64,000 nt of DNA from a virus, in IMG/VR virus record IMGVR_UViG_3300042397_000787; one strand, 5' to 3'. This document shows, in pieces, positions 27,126 to 36,621 of this stretch. The translations under genes were made by a program, and so were the position numbers. Every line of letters begins with the position of its first letter. The first letter of the stretch is position 1. The notes beneath the pieces were generated by a model. That model was given only the letters and a program-made list of their open reading frames with translations. It was not told where the DNA came from and did no database searches.

Positions 27126-28554
27126 TACATGGTCCAGTCGTGCATGTTATTTCCATTTTCGCAGAGTCGGCGGCAGTCAAGTTATTTTGTGTGACAGTTA
27201 CACCAATTCCAGGACTATTTAGTAAAAGTTGAAATTGCTTCATAGAAGAACCCAATTGAGTAACCGATGCAGTAACTCCACCAAATGGTGCGCTGATATC
27301 CAGAAAATGGTTAGCAGTTCCCTGTTGTAAGGTACTGATATTATTAGCATTTCCTAACGCATTGATAAACAACGATTTTCCTCCAGCATCTTTTTGTTGA
27401 GCCGAGATTTGATTGCCAAGTCCATTGGTGATAATCTCGGCATATTTGCTGCCTTGTTGTTGCGTCAATGACACTACGTTGTTATCACCAGTAACGGAAA
27501 CTTCTGCTAAGTTCTTGCCGATTGGTGTAGTTGCTGTTCCTTGATTAATAGTAACGCTGTTACCACTACCATTGATAGTCATTGCTTGTGCGCCATTTAC
27601 GCCACGGATTTGGTTCTGCTTAGAGGACTGTTCGATGTAAACAGAATTGCTAGAACCAGTTACATTGATGTAGATAGAGTTTTGTGTGATCGCATTAGTT
27701 TGATTAATCTTCAATGATTGGTTTGCACTGATAGAAGCGAGAGGATATGTCGGTTCAGGTGGTGCAGGTGCAGGAGGTGGCGGCGCAGAAGAACCAGCAT
27801 TCGGTTGAACTGGAGTAAATGCTGTTCCATTCAGCGAGGTACTACCTTGTAACTGATCAATAAACAAAATTGGCGATAATGAAGTATCACCGAGATTGAA
27901 TGATGCAAATCCTAGATTATAGTTACCATCAGCAGGAACAGTAAACACTGCGACTTGCCAACCTGTTGCACCATATGAGTTTGTAGAATAGTTACCTGTT
28001 CCTGGATTCGTAAACCCAAGTAGCGCATAGTTCTGCGTAAGACCATTGACAGTTGGTGTTCCTGGACCGCCAGTAAGAGTTATGATTGAACCATCATTGA
28101 ATGGAACGTAATCGGTCGAAAGATATTGCCACGCAAAGGTATATGTTACACCTGCCTGCAATGCTACGCTTCTTCTAACCCAAGATGCGTTAGTTGGAGT
28201 TGAGTTTCCACCAAGAGATGTAAGATAGGATCTGATACTAGAAATGTCGGATCCTTGTAAACCAAGCGATGTCATGGCAGGGTCGAAGTTGACTGACCCT
28301 GCTCCTGCTTGAACAGCAAGCATGTAAGAACCATATGGCGTAACTGTCCAACACTTACCGCCACCTGGACAATAGTTAGTCATTCCAGTTGTAACTTGAG
28401 AACCTGAACCGTTTGGACTCCAACTGTTTCTTAGAGTTGTTGACCCATTACTGACAGTCCATTCGGTATAGTTACCGTTTTCAAATCCAAGGTTTGTTTG
28501 TGCGAACGCTGGTATCGTAAAGAATAGTAAAAATAAAGCAATTAGTTTTTTCAT
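27100..28554 (-). CDS. Secreted protein: beta-sandwich N-domain, Pro linker, curlin-like repeat C-domain
   Basis: Signal peptide, NLGFENG, PPPPAPAPP linker, repeated 'G..N...i.Q' units. Confidence 0.6.
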   Translation of the reverse strand: MKKLIALFLLFFTIPAFAQTNLGFENGNYTEWTVSNGSTTLRNSWSPNGSGSQVTTGMTNYCPGGGKCWTVTPYGSYMLAVQAGAGSVNFDPAMTSLGLQGSDISSIRSYLTSLGGNSTPTNASWVRRSVALQAGVTYTFAWQYLSTDYVPFNDGSIITLTGGPGTPTVNGLTQNYALLGFTNPGTGNYSTNSYGATGWQVAVFTVPADGNYNLGFASFNLGDTSLSPILFIDQLQGSTSLNGTAFTPVQPNAGSSAPPPPAPAPPEPTYPLASISANQSLKINQTNAITQNSIYINVTGSSNSVYIEQSSKQNQIRGVNGAQAMTINGSGNSVTINQGTATTPIGKNLAEVSVTGDNNVVSLTQQQGSKYAEIITNGLGNQISAQQKDAGGKSLFINALGNANNISTLQQGTANHFLDISAPFGGVTASVTQLGSSMKQFQLLLNSPGIGVTVTQNNLTAADSAKMEITCTTGPCNGYSYTKN

Positions 28555-29696
28555 CTTGCACCTGTTTCTTGCATCACAGTTATATTACCCTGTGGTCTAC
28601 CAGTTCCCGATGTTGTCCACTTATCGTCCATAAAGTTATAGACATCTACTAATCCGTTTTGAACGGATACAACTTGTGCTTCGTTACCCTTCTCTAACCA
28701 GATAGTAACTGCCTGTTGTCTGTCATCTGATAGTCGAGTATACACCCAACCGACCTGAACGTTCTTCTTGAATGTCGGCGACACATTAGTATAAACTGTT
28801 TCCGCTGGTTTACTACCTTCGTTAAACTCAGCATAAACTTCTAGAAGTTCTTGTGGTGTTGCTTGGCGAAGCATGGCAACAGTAACTTGTTCTGTATTAT
28901 CATTCGTGCCTGCATCTGGATCCTTATTGTCATCCGATGCTGCTTTTGCTGGGTTAGTGAATTTCTTTAAACTATCTCTAGCAAGTTGAAGTAAACTCTG
29001 ACCATCATCTGTTTCCAACGGAACAATTTGAACGTTGTTATCTAATGTCTTAATCAAAGGATTAATGATTACTGGTGGAGCAGGAGGAGCAAAATTGTTT
29101 TCTACAACTGTTGCTTGGAATGGTTGGTTTAACGTAACTACGCCAGATGCAGTTATTACATCGATTGAACCGTTAGGACATTCGGCAGTTTGTTTTGTGA
29201 TGTCCAATTCGTTATAGCATTCGGGAACCAGCACGACCGTAGAACGACCTGCTTCATCAACCGACATAACGAAGTCTGTGCCACGAACTGCGATAGTAGC
29301 AGTCGGTGTGCGAATGTTTACGCCTCGTGGGTTTGTTTTTGCGACTTTGCCTGATGCGTATCTGACGGTGCCAAGCGCGACCCGAAGTCCAAGTTTGCCC
29401 TTCGTCTTCCCTCCCCCATCATACACAAAGTCATCCACAAGAAGGCGAGAGTTTTCTGTAATATTAACGGTAGTCGAGTCATTGAATGTAATCCTAAATC
29501 TGCCTTGACTGTTTGTTGAAACAGTGTCCATCTTTTGAACTCGTGCACCCTTAGATGCAACTGTAGTCTTGGCGCCACGCTTAATAGCACCACCTCCTCT
29601 GAAATCTGTTATCGACCCAATATCCGCAAAGGCAGGAGTCGATAACAGAAATATCAGTAGAAGATTAGTGACCAGTTTTGATATTAAACGTGCCAT
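28551..29696 (-). CDS. FecR-domain periplasmic protein
   Basis: Signal peptide; ITF.D.T.V.I.ENSRL..DDFVYD, IRTPTATIAVRGTDF. Confidence 0.88.
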   Translation of the reverse strand: MARLISKLVTNLLLIFLLSTPAFADIGSITDFRGGGAIKRGAKTTVASKGARVQKMDTVSTNSQGRFRITFNDSTTVNITENSRLLVDDFVYDGGGKTKGKLGLRVALGTVRYASGKVAKTNPRGVNIRTPTATIAVRGTDFVMSVDEAGRSTVVLVPECYNELDITKQTAECPNGSIDVITASGVVTLNQPFQATVVENNFAPPAPPVIINPLIKTLDNNVQIVPLETDDGQSLLQLARDSLKKFTNPAKAASDDNKDPDAGTNDNTEQVTVAMLRQATPQELLEVYAEFNEGSKPAETVYTNVSPTFKKNVQVGWVYTRLSDDRQQAVTIWLEKGNEAQVVSVQNGLVDVYNFMDDKWTTSGTGRPQGNITVMQETGAR

Positions 29697-30438
29697 TTGA
29701 TCCCACACTATTAATATTGATCACAGTTTCAGATGCACCATACTGTTGTGTTGTTACAGTGTTTAGCGAACCTGTCAGGTTTACATATAGTGAGTGACCG
29801 AATGTTCCACCGAGATCGGTTTGTGTAACATCAAAGTCATTGTAGTTGCCTGTCACCAGAATAGTTTGTGACGCATTTGGTGATAGTGCATCCATGTTGA
29901 TTGTGTTATTGTTACCGTTGAAATCCATCGAGTTGCGGATATTAGCACCCGAACCACGGAAAACAAAAGCATTGTTGTTACCAGTGAACTTGGCATTCAT
30001 GTCGAGTTGATTACATGAGGAGTCAGACTCTTCTGTTCCACAACGAATAGTAGCAGTGTTCAAATCGCCAATTTGACGAATTGTTACATCGGCGATTCCT
30101 TGTGCTCCTGTATCGGATACGACACCCATATAAAGTTGGTTTCCATTGCCTGTCTGTATTGCGATAACGCTCTGGTTATCACCACGTAGGTAAATAGGAT
30201 CAAGAGTAGAACCGATAACGTTAGCAGTACCAGTTTGAACGATGTTAACATCTACGTTACCCCCTTCTTGATCGATATATACCTTATTTGTTGTTGCAAC
30301 AGTATTCGCTTCTGTTTCATTTGGCGAAGTTGTTACAATTGCTGGAGGAGTTGGTGCTGTTGGCAGCACAGTTTGTGCAATCACAGATGTTCCATAACAA
30401 AGAGCAGCGCCAACGAATAAAAACTTACTTAGTTTCAT
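29665..30438 (-). CDS. Curlin-like (CsgA/CsgB-type) secreted repeat protein
   Basis: Signal peptide; NKVYIDQEG, QTGTAN, QTGNGN, QIGDLN repeats; adjacent to csgG. Confidence 0.7.
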   Translation of the reverse strand: MKLSKFLFVGAALCYGTSVIAQTVLPTAPTPPAIVTTSPNETEANTVATTNKVYIDQEGGNVDVNIVQTGTANVIGSTLDPIYLRGDNQSVIAIQTGNGNQLYMGVVSDTGAQGIADVTIRQIGDLNTATIRCGTEESDSSCNQLDMNAKFTGNNNAFVFRGSGANIRNSMDFNGNNNTINMDALSPNASQTILVTGNYNDFDVTQTDLGGTFGHSLYVNLTGSLNTVTTQQYGASETVININSVGSNGTFNIKTGH

Positions 30439-31249
30439 TTGTTGTTTCCTTTTGTTTGAATCTCCATAGATTTTTGGTTTCACCATCCTTGATTAACTCA
30501 ACAACGGCCGTTTCTATGGCAGAACGGATCGCATAACTACCTGCTTCATTACTTGTTTGTTGTCCATCAAATTCAAACGCTTTAGTTGCCATGTCGAAGA
30601 ATGTGAATGCAGTTATCCCCTCAGATGTAGAGAGAACAGTTTTCTCTACAGTAACCGAATTGAGAACTTCACCAGTCTGGACAGAAACTAGACGAAGACT
30701 AACTGTAACTTGGTCTTGTGTGTATTGCTGGTATGGACCGACGCCAAGGAATCTAGCGCCAGTACCACCAGTTTTAATGTTAGAGTTATAGTCAATGATA
30801 CCACCTTCTATGATGATACCTGCAACCTTTAGTGGTGGAAGAGGTTCGGCAGATTCACCTGAAATCTGTTCGCGCATCTGGCGAACAAGTTGACGTTCTT
30901 TAATCAGCGAATCAATACCAACACGCTCAACAGGGATAAACCACTTACCATTGCCCGTATCTTGTAAAGTCTTAATCAGATATGCATCTGCACCTTGGGT
31001 AACCGCAGTAGAGAAACTTGCGAGAGTCGAAGATGGTTTACGTTGACCAGTTCTATCAGTAAATGAATACAACGCAATAGGAATTGGTTGACCATCAAGT
31101 TCTGGTAAATTTTTAAAAAGTTTTGGATTAGCAAAACGCTTGACTTCTGCATCGTCTCTGAATAGATATGATTGGTTAGCAGTAGGATGAAGCGCACCAA
31201 CGCAACCAGAAAGAACGAGTAAAAGTGGAAGGAGAATTAACTTTTTCAT
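30425..31249 (-). CDS. csgG: Curli secretion channel CsgG (lipoprotein)
   Basis: Lipobox LSGC; FTDRTGQRKP, STAVTQG, WF..VER, KERQ, EGGIIDY, VSLRLVSVQTGEVL. Confidence 0.95.
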   Translation of the reverse strand: MKKLILLPLLLVLSGCVGALHPTANQSYLFRDDAEVKRFANPKLFKNLPELDGQPIPIALYSFTDRTGQRKPSSTLASFSTAVTQGADAYLIKTLQDTGNGKWFIPVERVGIDSLIKERQLVRQMREQISGESAEPLPPLKVAGIIIEGGIIDYNSNIKTGGTGARFLGVGPYQQYTQDQVTVSLRLVSVQTGEVLNSVTVEKTVLSTSEGITAFTFFDMATKAFEFDGQQTSNEAGSYAIRSAIETAVVELIKDGETKNLWRFKQKETTNETK

Positions 31250-31258
31250 AACGTCTCC

Positions 31259-31708
31259 TTAGAATGCAAACGTAGCAATAGGAACGACAACAACCGTAGT
31301 ATTGCCATTCTTATCAACTACTGTTAGAGTAACTTCGGTGCCAGTCTTGACATAACTTACAGAGTTACCATCGAGATTGAATGTTCCCGTGGTTGCTGTT
31401 CCGCCTTCTGCGAACAGATTGTTAGAAAGTTGTGTTGCAAGTTGTGCGTAAACCTGAGAGGTAAAGAGTGCCATGAATTTAGCAAGAGGAGTATTTGATG
31501 CCTCTGCCCTTATCAGTGCCGCTTTCGCTGCTTCGGCATCCTTAATTGCCTGCTCACGCGAACGCTCTTGCGCATCGATTGATTGCACATGCGAAGACCA
31601 CCCATAACCAGTAAAGGAAGGTGATTTAAACTGTTGAACAATTGGATCCGCGTATGCTGGACTACTTAGACTTAGTAGCGTCAGGAGCACCATCGCTCGT
31701 TTTAGCAT
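31259..31708 (-). CDS. csgF: Curli assembly protein CsgF-like
   Basis: Signal peptide followed by FKSPSF.G.G; C-terminal G..T.V.VP; immediately upstream of csgG. Confidence 0.8.
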   Translation of the reverse strand: MLKRAMVLLTLLSLSSPAYADPIVQQFKSPSFTGYGWSSHVQSIDAQERSREQAIKDAEAAKAALIRAEASNTPLAKFMALFTSQVYAQLATQLSNNLFAEGGTATTGTFNLDGNSVSYVKTGTEVTLTVVDKNGNTTVVVVPIATFAF

Positions 31709-31799
31709 CTTTCTCTTCCTTTTTGTTTTTGTTGTCAGAAGAAAAATTTAAATCAAAGGAAAATACTTTAAGGATCTCAATCTTTAGATTTAGTGTCAT
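31662..31799 (-). CDS. Small hypothetical protein (45 aa; not in ORF track)
   Basis: MTLNLKIEILKVFSFDLNFSS...; fills the gap between neighbours. Confidence 0.4.
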   Translation of the reverse strand: MTLNLKIEILKVFSFDLNFSSDNKNKKEEKDAKTSDGAPDATKSK

Positions 31800-32043
31800 T
31801 ACTGTGATCCTCTTTTATTTGCAAAACTACACTCACCTTCTGGTTTAATCTAATCAAATCGTTGTCGAGCATACGAACACGATCAATCAACGCAATCAAA
31901 ATTACGTTTGTCTCACCAATCAACGGCATCAATTTATCAGTTACGAACTTATAAATGAACCAAACAAAATATCCCATACCGACAGATGCGACGATTGGGA
32001 ATCCATATTGTTTAACTAGTTCTGCTACAATTGATGGATCCAT
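31777..32043 (-). CDS. Small single-TM protein (GFPI motif) with coiled coil
   Basis: YGFPIVASVGMGYFVWF...IDRVRMLDNDLIRL; paralog of the next gene. Confidence 0.75.
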   Translation of the reverse strand: MDPSIVAELVKQYGFPIVASVGMGYFVWFIYKFVTDKLMPLIGETNVILIALIDRVRMLDNDLIRLNQKVSVVLQIKEDHSNDTKSKD

Positions 32044-32330
32044 TAATCTTTCCGAGCATCGTTCTTCCCGTCTGCTCGTGCGATTCTGTCTAGATCTGGT
32101 TTAAGACCCAAGGCGGAACTAACAACTGCATCAACGCGAATAATATCATGGTTCATTGTCTTGACTCGGTTGTCGAGTCCCATAATAATACCCTGCATTC
32201 CCTTGAGTGCTTTAACAACGCTCTCGAGGATGTAGTTGATAACAAAATATACGAAGACACCACCGAGCAAGGCCGCTGCAATGGGGAATCCTACATCTCC
32301 AATAAGTTTAAATATCGTATCGTATGACAT
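32043..32330 (-). CDS. Small single-TM protein (GFPI motif), paralog
   Basis: VGFPIAAALLGGVFVYF...LDNRVKTMNHDIIRVD; start follows a late promoter. Confidence 0.75.
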   Translation of the reverse strand: MSYDTIFKLIGDVGFPIAAALLGGVFVYFVINYILESVVKALKGMQGIIMGLDNRVKTMNHDIIRVDAVVSSALGLKPDLDRIARADGKNDARKD

Positions 32331-32338
32331 ATCAATTC

Positions 32339-32350
32339 TATTTATAAATA
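32339..32350. promoter_or_regulatory. Overlapping divergent T4 late promoters
   Basis: Palindrome TATTTATAAATA gives TATAAATA on both strands. Confidence 0.75.
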
Positions 32351-32373
32351 AACGTAAAGAAGGAAGACAAAAA

Positions 32374-33108
32374 ATGGCAGGTGCAGCGGCAGAAAGACAA
32401 GAAAATACTTTTGTTAAGTCAATTAATGATGCGGTCAAGAAAAATCCGGCTGGAATTAAGATAAAAGCCGGTTCTCAGACTATTTCTGGAGTAATTAAAG
32501 CGGAAAAATTCACCGGAAGACAAGTTTCTGGCTCTGAACCCTATATTGATGTCAATTTACATCTGGCTGACGGTAAAACTACAGTAGGCATCTCTATGAA
32601 AGGTGAGACTGCGCCCTCATTAGCGGGTGGCGGACTGAAAGGCATCAATTTAGCCGTCCCAGGACTTGCGAATAAGTTTATGAAAGCAGTTTTAGCGCAT
32701 CTAAAGAAAAAAATTAAGCCCGGAGACAAAGTTCCGGACTGTTATGGTAAGATTAGTGACCAACATAAAGTAACAATTGTGGTTGGTAACAAAGATATGG
32801 GTGGCCCAATTGACTACATGTATATTGGCAACATGACTCCCGTATCTAACTACAACAAAAGCACCAACACACTTTCGTTTAACAATGGAAACTTCTATGA
32901 AGCAACCAAATATGCTAAGTCACATGACCTATATTTCAGACTTCGTGCTAGAAGAGAAGACCAAGTGTTTGATCCAACTGCAAAAGACAGTATGAACGTG
33001 CCTAAAATCTATTCTAAGTCACCAAGTAAAGGGGACTCCGCCGGTAGAATAGTTGTTACCGACAAAGTCCCCAATAATGCATTACAAAATGTAGTTAATA
33101 TTGTTTAA
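32374..33108 (+). CDS. Late protein, possible PD-(D/E)XK nuclease fold
   Basis: AAGGAAG RBS; ERQE...PYID...GISMK pattern. Confidence 0.5.
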   Translation: MAGAAAERQENTFVKSINDAVKKNPAGIKIKAGSQTISGVIKAEKFTGRQVSGSEPYIDVNLHLADGKTTVGISMKGETAPSLAGGGLKGINLAVPGLANKFMKAVLAHLKKKIKPGDKVPDCYGKISDQHKVTIVVGNKDMGGPIDYMYIGNMTPVSNYNKSTNTLSFNNGNFYEATKYAKSHDLYFRLRARREDQVFDPTAKDSMNVPKIYSKSPSKGDSAGRIVVTDKVPNNALQNVVNIV

Positions 33109-34043
33109 ACGAAAACGTCTACGTCTAAATCCTTAGAATACTTTGTATCGGGCGGCAGAGTAATCAGCTTCATACCATAATTGTTGACGCCTTCGGGAAG
33201 AACAACACCCTCTTTAAGAGTTAGTGTGTTCTTCTTGAAGGGTGTATAGTCAACATAATGATGCCAACGACCATAACGCCATACAACACGCGCAACATCT
33301 GGGTGCATATCAGCCAACATCTGTGACTTGTTGATGGTGCCCTTCTCGTGGTAACGCTTACCTTCTACTTCTTCACCCTCTTCCAAGAATTCTTTGTGAT
33401 AGAACTCTGCGGTATTACCACCCTTGACGGTTTGTGTAGCAACTTTACCCTGCAAGAACGCATTGAACTGCACCGTGCAGTCACCATCTTTGAGGACGCG
33501 AAGGCAAATATCAGTATCTTCATTGTAACGACCGCGCCAGCGATGCTTACAATCGTTACGGATTAGCAATGTCGAGTAGATACGAGTGTTGGCGACATAA
33601 GGAGGATACTTCTGGTTCGGTGCAATGAAGAACCGATACTGCGGACCAGCAATGTAGAGGTTCTCATAACGGTCAAAGAAGTCTTCCATCACTTTGAAGA
33701 ACACACCAGACTCCACGCGAATACGTTCGTTGCGATACAGACGATAGAAATCTGAAATGTTATCATCTAGAACCCAGTGGGCATCTGCACCGATACTGAT
33801 AGAGTGGTCCCATGCCCAGTTTCTAGCGCGACCGGGGCCATCACCGTGATTGGAGAACGGCGCAACCAGCAGAGTGACACCAGAAAGTCCGAAATTGGTT
33901 ATCGCATCTTTGTAGGGCTGCAAATCTTGAGGTTCGATAATGATATAATGCGGCACTCTCATACGAGAAAGTGACCGCGAAGTAATCATAGTATCGGCAC
34001 GACCCTTAGAAACAATGTAAACGGGGTATTTTGGGTTAGTCAT
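33105..34043 (-). CDS. TET-associated/GREB1-like GT-A glycosyltransferase
   Basis: YPVYIVSKGRA, ARNWAWD, HWVLDDNI, RYNEDTD, KGGNT, RWHHYVDY. Confidence 0.8.
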   Translation of the reverse strand: MTNPKYPVYIVSKGRADTMITSRSLSRMRVPHYIIIEPQDLQPYKDAITNFGLSGVTLLVAPFSNHGDGPGRARNWAWDHSISIGADAHWVLDDNISDFYRLYRNERIRVESGVFFKVMEDFFDRYENLYIAGPQYRFFIAPNQKYPPYVANTRIYSTLLIRNDCKHRWRGRYNEDTDICLRVLKDGDCTVQFNAFLQGKVATQTVKGGNTAEFYHKEFLEEGEEVEGKRYHEKGTINKSQMLADMHPDVARVVWRYGRWHHYVDYTPFKKNTLTLKEGVVLPEGVNNYGMKLITLPPDTKYSKDLDVDVFV

Positions 34044-35118
34044 AAAACAAATGATCCAATGATGTTGATTTCCATCTCGCCAAACTATCAGCGAACATAT
34101 TATTTAGGTTGAGAATCCAGTTCTCTTTACTGTGCTTGGCTTTAGTTCTATTAGATATATCACACCTTTGCTCAAAAGTCAAGCCTTTCAGTGTATTAAT
34201 AACATCTTCTAGTTCTTCTTGCTTGACATTCGTAGGAACCATGATATAGTCAGTATCACTATCAGCAACAGCTTGGCTACCATGTGTACCACTACTATCT
34301 GTAACAAGCACCAGAGGTAGTCCTCTTGTCAAGGCTTCTAATGCAGTAATGCCCCATGACTCCACAGGACAAGTAGAAACGTAAACAGAACCAGTTGCCA
34401 TTACTGCCATGGTATCATGGTGCTTCAAACCGCGAATTGTATCTCTTGGTGTTTCCCAATGAGCATTCTTCTCTGCATATTCTTTCTGTGTATCACTATC
34501 AAATAGAGGAATACTTGTTAGAACACAAGACTTTAGCGCAGACACTTTAAGTTTGTTGTGAAGAAAGAATGGATTCTTAGTAGGGTCCGTGCGACCAACT
34601 GTCACCGCATCAAAGTGTTTGTTTTCAGATACTTGTTCATCGCCGTTAGCAAAGGCTGAGTTGATATAACCATAAGCATTCAAAACATCATGGCCTACGA
34701 TACGCTTAGAGATTGCATTCATCTTACTGTGTTGGTCTTTAGAGACGAAGTAAATGGAACCACCATTAGCAGCGAACTCTTCTTTGGCTTTGATGGATTC
34801 CACGTTGTAGATAGACCGAATACCAGGCGAGTGATTAAGCCACACCACCGGTAAATCAAACTGTTGAAATGCTACTGTATACGCATGACTGAAATGATTA
34901 GTGAAGATAATGTCTGGCTTATGCTCATTCACAGCCCGTTGCATGATATCACCTGTTCTACGTTCCATTCTGTCTTCGAATGTAATGTAAACGGGTATCA
35001 CGCCTTCGATGTTCTCATACACCAGCTTCTGGAATAACTCCACACCACCAAGCACAACATCCGACTCAAGTCGGACATTCTTATCTTTGTGCTGGATGAC
35101 GGGCATTAGTATTCTCAT
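34036..35118 (-). CDS. GT-B (GT4-like) glycosyltransferase
   Basis: GGVE, VGR.DP.KNP, ESWGITALEALTRGLP. Confidence 0.85.
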   Translation of the reverse strand: MRILMPVIQHKDKNVRLESDVVLGGVELFQKLVYENIEGVIPVYITFEDRMERRTGDIMQRAVNEHKPDIIFTNHFSHAYTVAFQQFDLPVVWLNHSPGIRSIYNVESIKAKEEFAANGGSIYFVSKDQHSKMNAISKRIVGHDVLNAYGYINSAFANGDEQVSENKHFDAVTVGRTDPTKNPFFLHNKLKVSALKSCVLTSIPLFDSDTQKEYAEKNAHWETPRDTIRGLKHHDTMAVMATGSVYVSTCPVESWGITALEALTRGLPLVLVTDSSGTHGSQAVADSDTDYIMVPTNVKQEELEDVINTLKGLTFEQRCDISNRTKAKHSKENWILNLNNMFADSLARWKSTSLDHLFYD

Positions 35119-35726
35119 TCGGCTTCAATCCAGCGCAGAAGATAATTCGGTGTCCGTTCTAGCTTGGGGTGCCAGATTGCTTTAGACTTATCCGTCAGCA
35201 CCTGGTCAATGCGCCGCGAGAACTCTTCATAGTCCTCAAGCCGACGAAACTTCACAATAACCGAACGAATTGGTCCGTTATCTTCTAGATACTCAAACTC
35301 TGGCATCCCCACCCAATGCTCTTTCCAAGCACTCTCTTCGGTATCATTCACTTCCACTTCAAGCGAAGCTAGATTCTTATCCGTTCGCGGAGCGCATAGG
35401 CGCCTATCCACATCCACCAATGGTGCTTGGCCATCATCAAACAGCGCAGCACGAGGGTCTGCCAAAGGGTACCAGAAGTCTTTAAGATTACTCGCTACGA
35501 TATACCCGATACGCTTAGAGAGGTCTACGATATCTTCTACGGTGCGGAAGTGGACGTAGATAGCCTTCCACAGGTCTTGGTCTACCTTCTTCTTACCAGA
35601 ATTATCCGCAAGCGGAGTATCTATCACCCCTACCAGATGCTCAAGGGACATGCGATACTCGTCTTGCATCCGCGCATTCTGGTCGAGATAGTTTTCATAA
35701 TCACCAGATTCTTTTACTTCACTCAT
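35115..35726 (-). CDS. Hypothetical protein with internal duplication, in the glycosyltransferase cluster
   Basis: IYVHFRTVED...WYP / VIVKFRRLED...WHP; HWVGMPEF. Confidence 0.7.
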   Translation of the reverse strand: MSEVKESGDYENYLDQNARMQDEYRMSLEHLVGVIDTPLADNSGKKKVDQDLWKAIYVHFRTVEDIVDLSKRIGYIVASNLKDFWYPLADPRAALFDDGQAPLVDVDRRLCAPRTDKNLASLEVEVNDTEESAWKEHWVGMPEFEYLEDNGPIRSVIVKFRRLEDYEEFSRRIDQVLTDKSKAIWHPKLERTPNYLLRWIEAE

Positions 35727-35757
35727 AACATCTCCTTATTCCACCAATATAACACTA

Positions 35758-36621
35758 TTAGCTATACAAGTCAAGCATTTTCCTAATACCTTCTCTTAAT
35801 TTCGTAGAAGGACCAAACCCAAGGTCTTTGCGCAATTTACTACCATCCATACGCTGGTAAGGTATCTCAGAAAAATCCTTCTTATTATATAGGATAGGTA
35901 ATTTGGTACCCATCTCCTCTTGGATTATATCAATAACCTCTCTCGTAGAGTAATTCTCCTCACTCGTCACGTTATAAGCGCCAGCTAGATTCTCCCTCCT
36001 CGCAAACGCCATAATAACCTCACACAGGTCGCCAATCCACAGATAGTCACGGCGCATCTCCTCAGACCCCGCCCATATCATAGGCGCCTCACCGCACCGC
36101 AGCCGCGCCACCGTACCAGGTATCAGCCGCGTAAGGTTATTATCGTGCGGCCCGTAAGTATTCGTAAGCCGCAAAGAGATTACGTCCATACCATAATAGT
36201 CACGGTAGAAATCACACAGTTCCGCAGCCAACACCTTGGACTTCTCATAAGGAGAAAAGCCATTCAATGGTGCAGTCTCCGTCAATGGTTTCAGACTTTG
36301 CGCACCATATACCTTATCAGACTCCAGCACAATCACTGGAACACCAAGACCTCGAGCGGATTCCAATACACTAGCAGTAGCAAGAGTATTACTGAGGAAC
36401 GCACCCATGGGATTAGTCGCACACACCGATACAATAGAATTGCCAGCGCAGTGGACAATCGCCTCGATATTACTCATATTATCAACGGCTACGCGAAACT
36501 CCGTGGTCGCAACATCTAGATCGGTTACAACCCATTCCACAGTGGGTTGATGGTATCTCAGAGACTTACCAATGAAGCCTTCATGCCCAGTCAATAATAT
36601 CACGGCGTCAACTCTTTCCAC
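35758..36621 (-). CDS. NAD-dependent epimerase/dehydratase (extended SDR)
   Basis: TGHEGFIG, SDKVYG, YEKSK, NTYGP. Confidence 0.92.
   Translation of the reverse strand: MERVDAVILLTGHEGFIGKSLRYHQPTVEWVVTDLDVATTEFRVAVDNMSNIEAIVHCAGNSIVSVCATNPMGAFLSNTLATASVLESARGLGVPVIVLESDKVYGAQSLKPLTETAPLNGFSPYEKSKVLAAELCDFYRDYYGMDVISLRLTNTYGPHDNNLTRLIPGTVARLRCGEAPMIWAGSEEMRRDYLWIGDLCEVIMAFARRENLAGAYNVTSEENYSTREVIDIIQEEMGTKLPILYNKKDFSEIPYQRMDGSKLRKDLGFGPSTKLREGIRKMLDLYS

Noticed and set aside
32236-32438. Long N-terminal extensions of the two divergent ORFs
   Set aside because: They would overlap each other across the late-promoter palindrome. Internal ATGs at 32330 and 32374 fit better.
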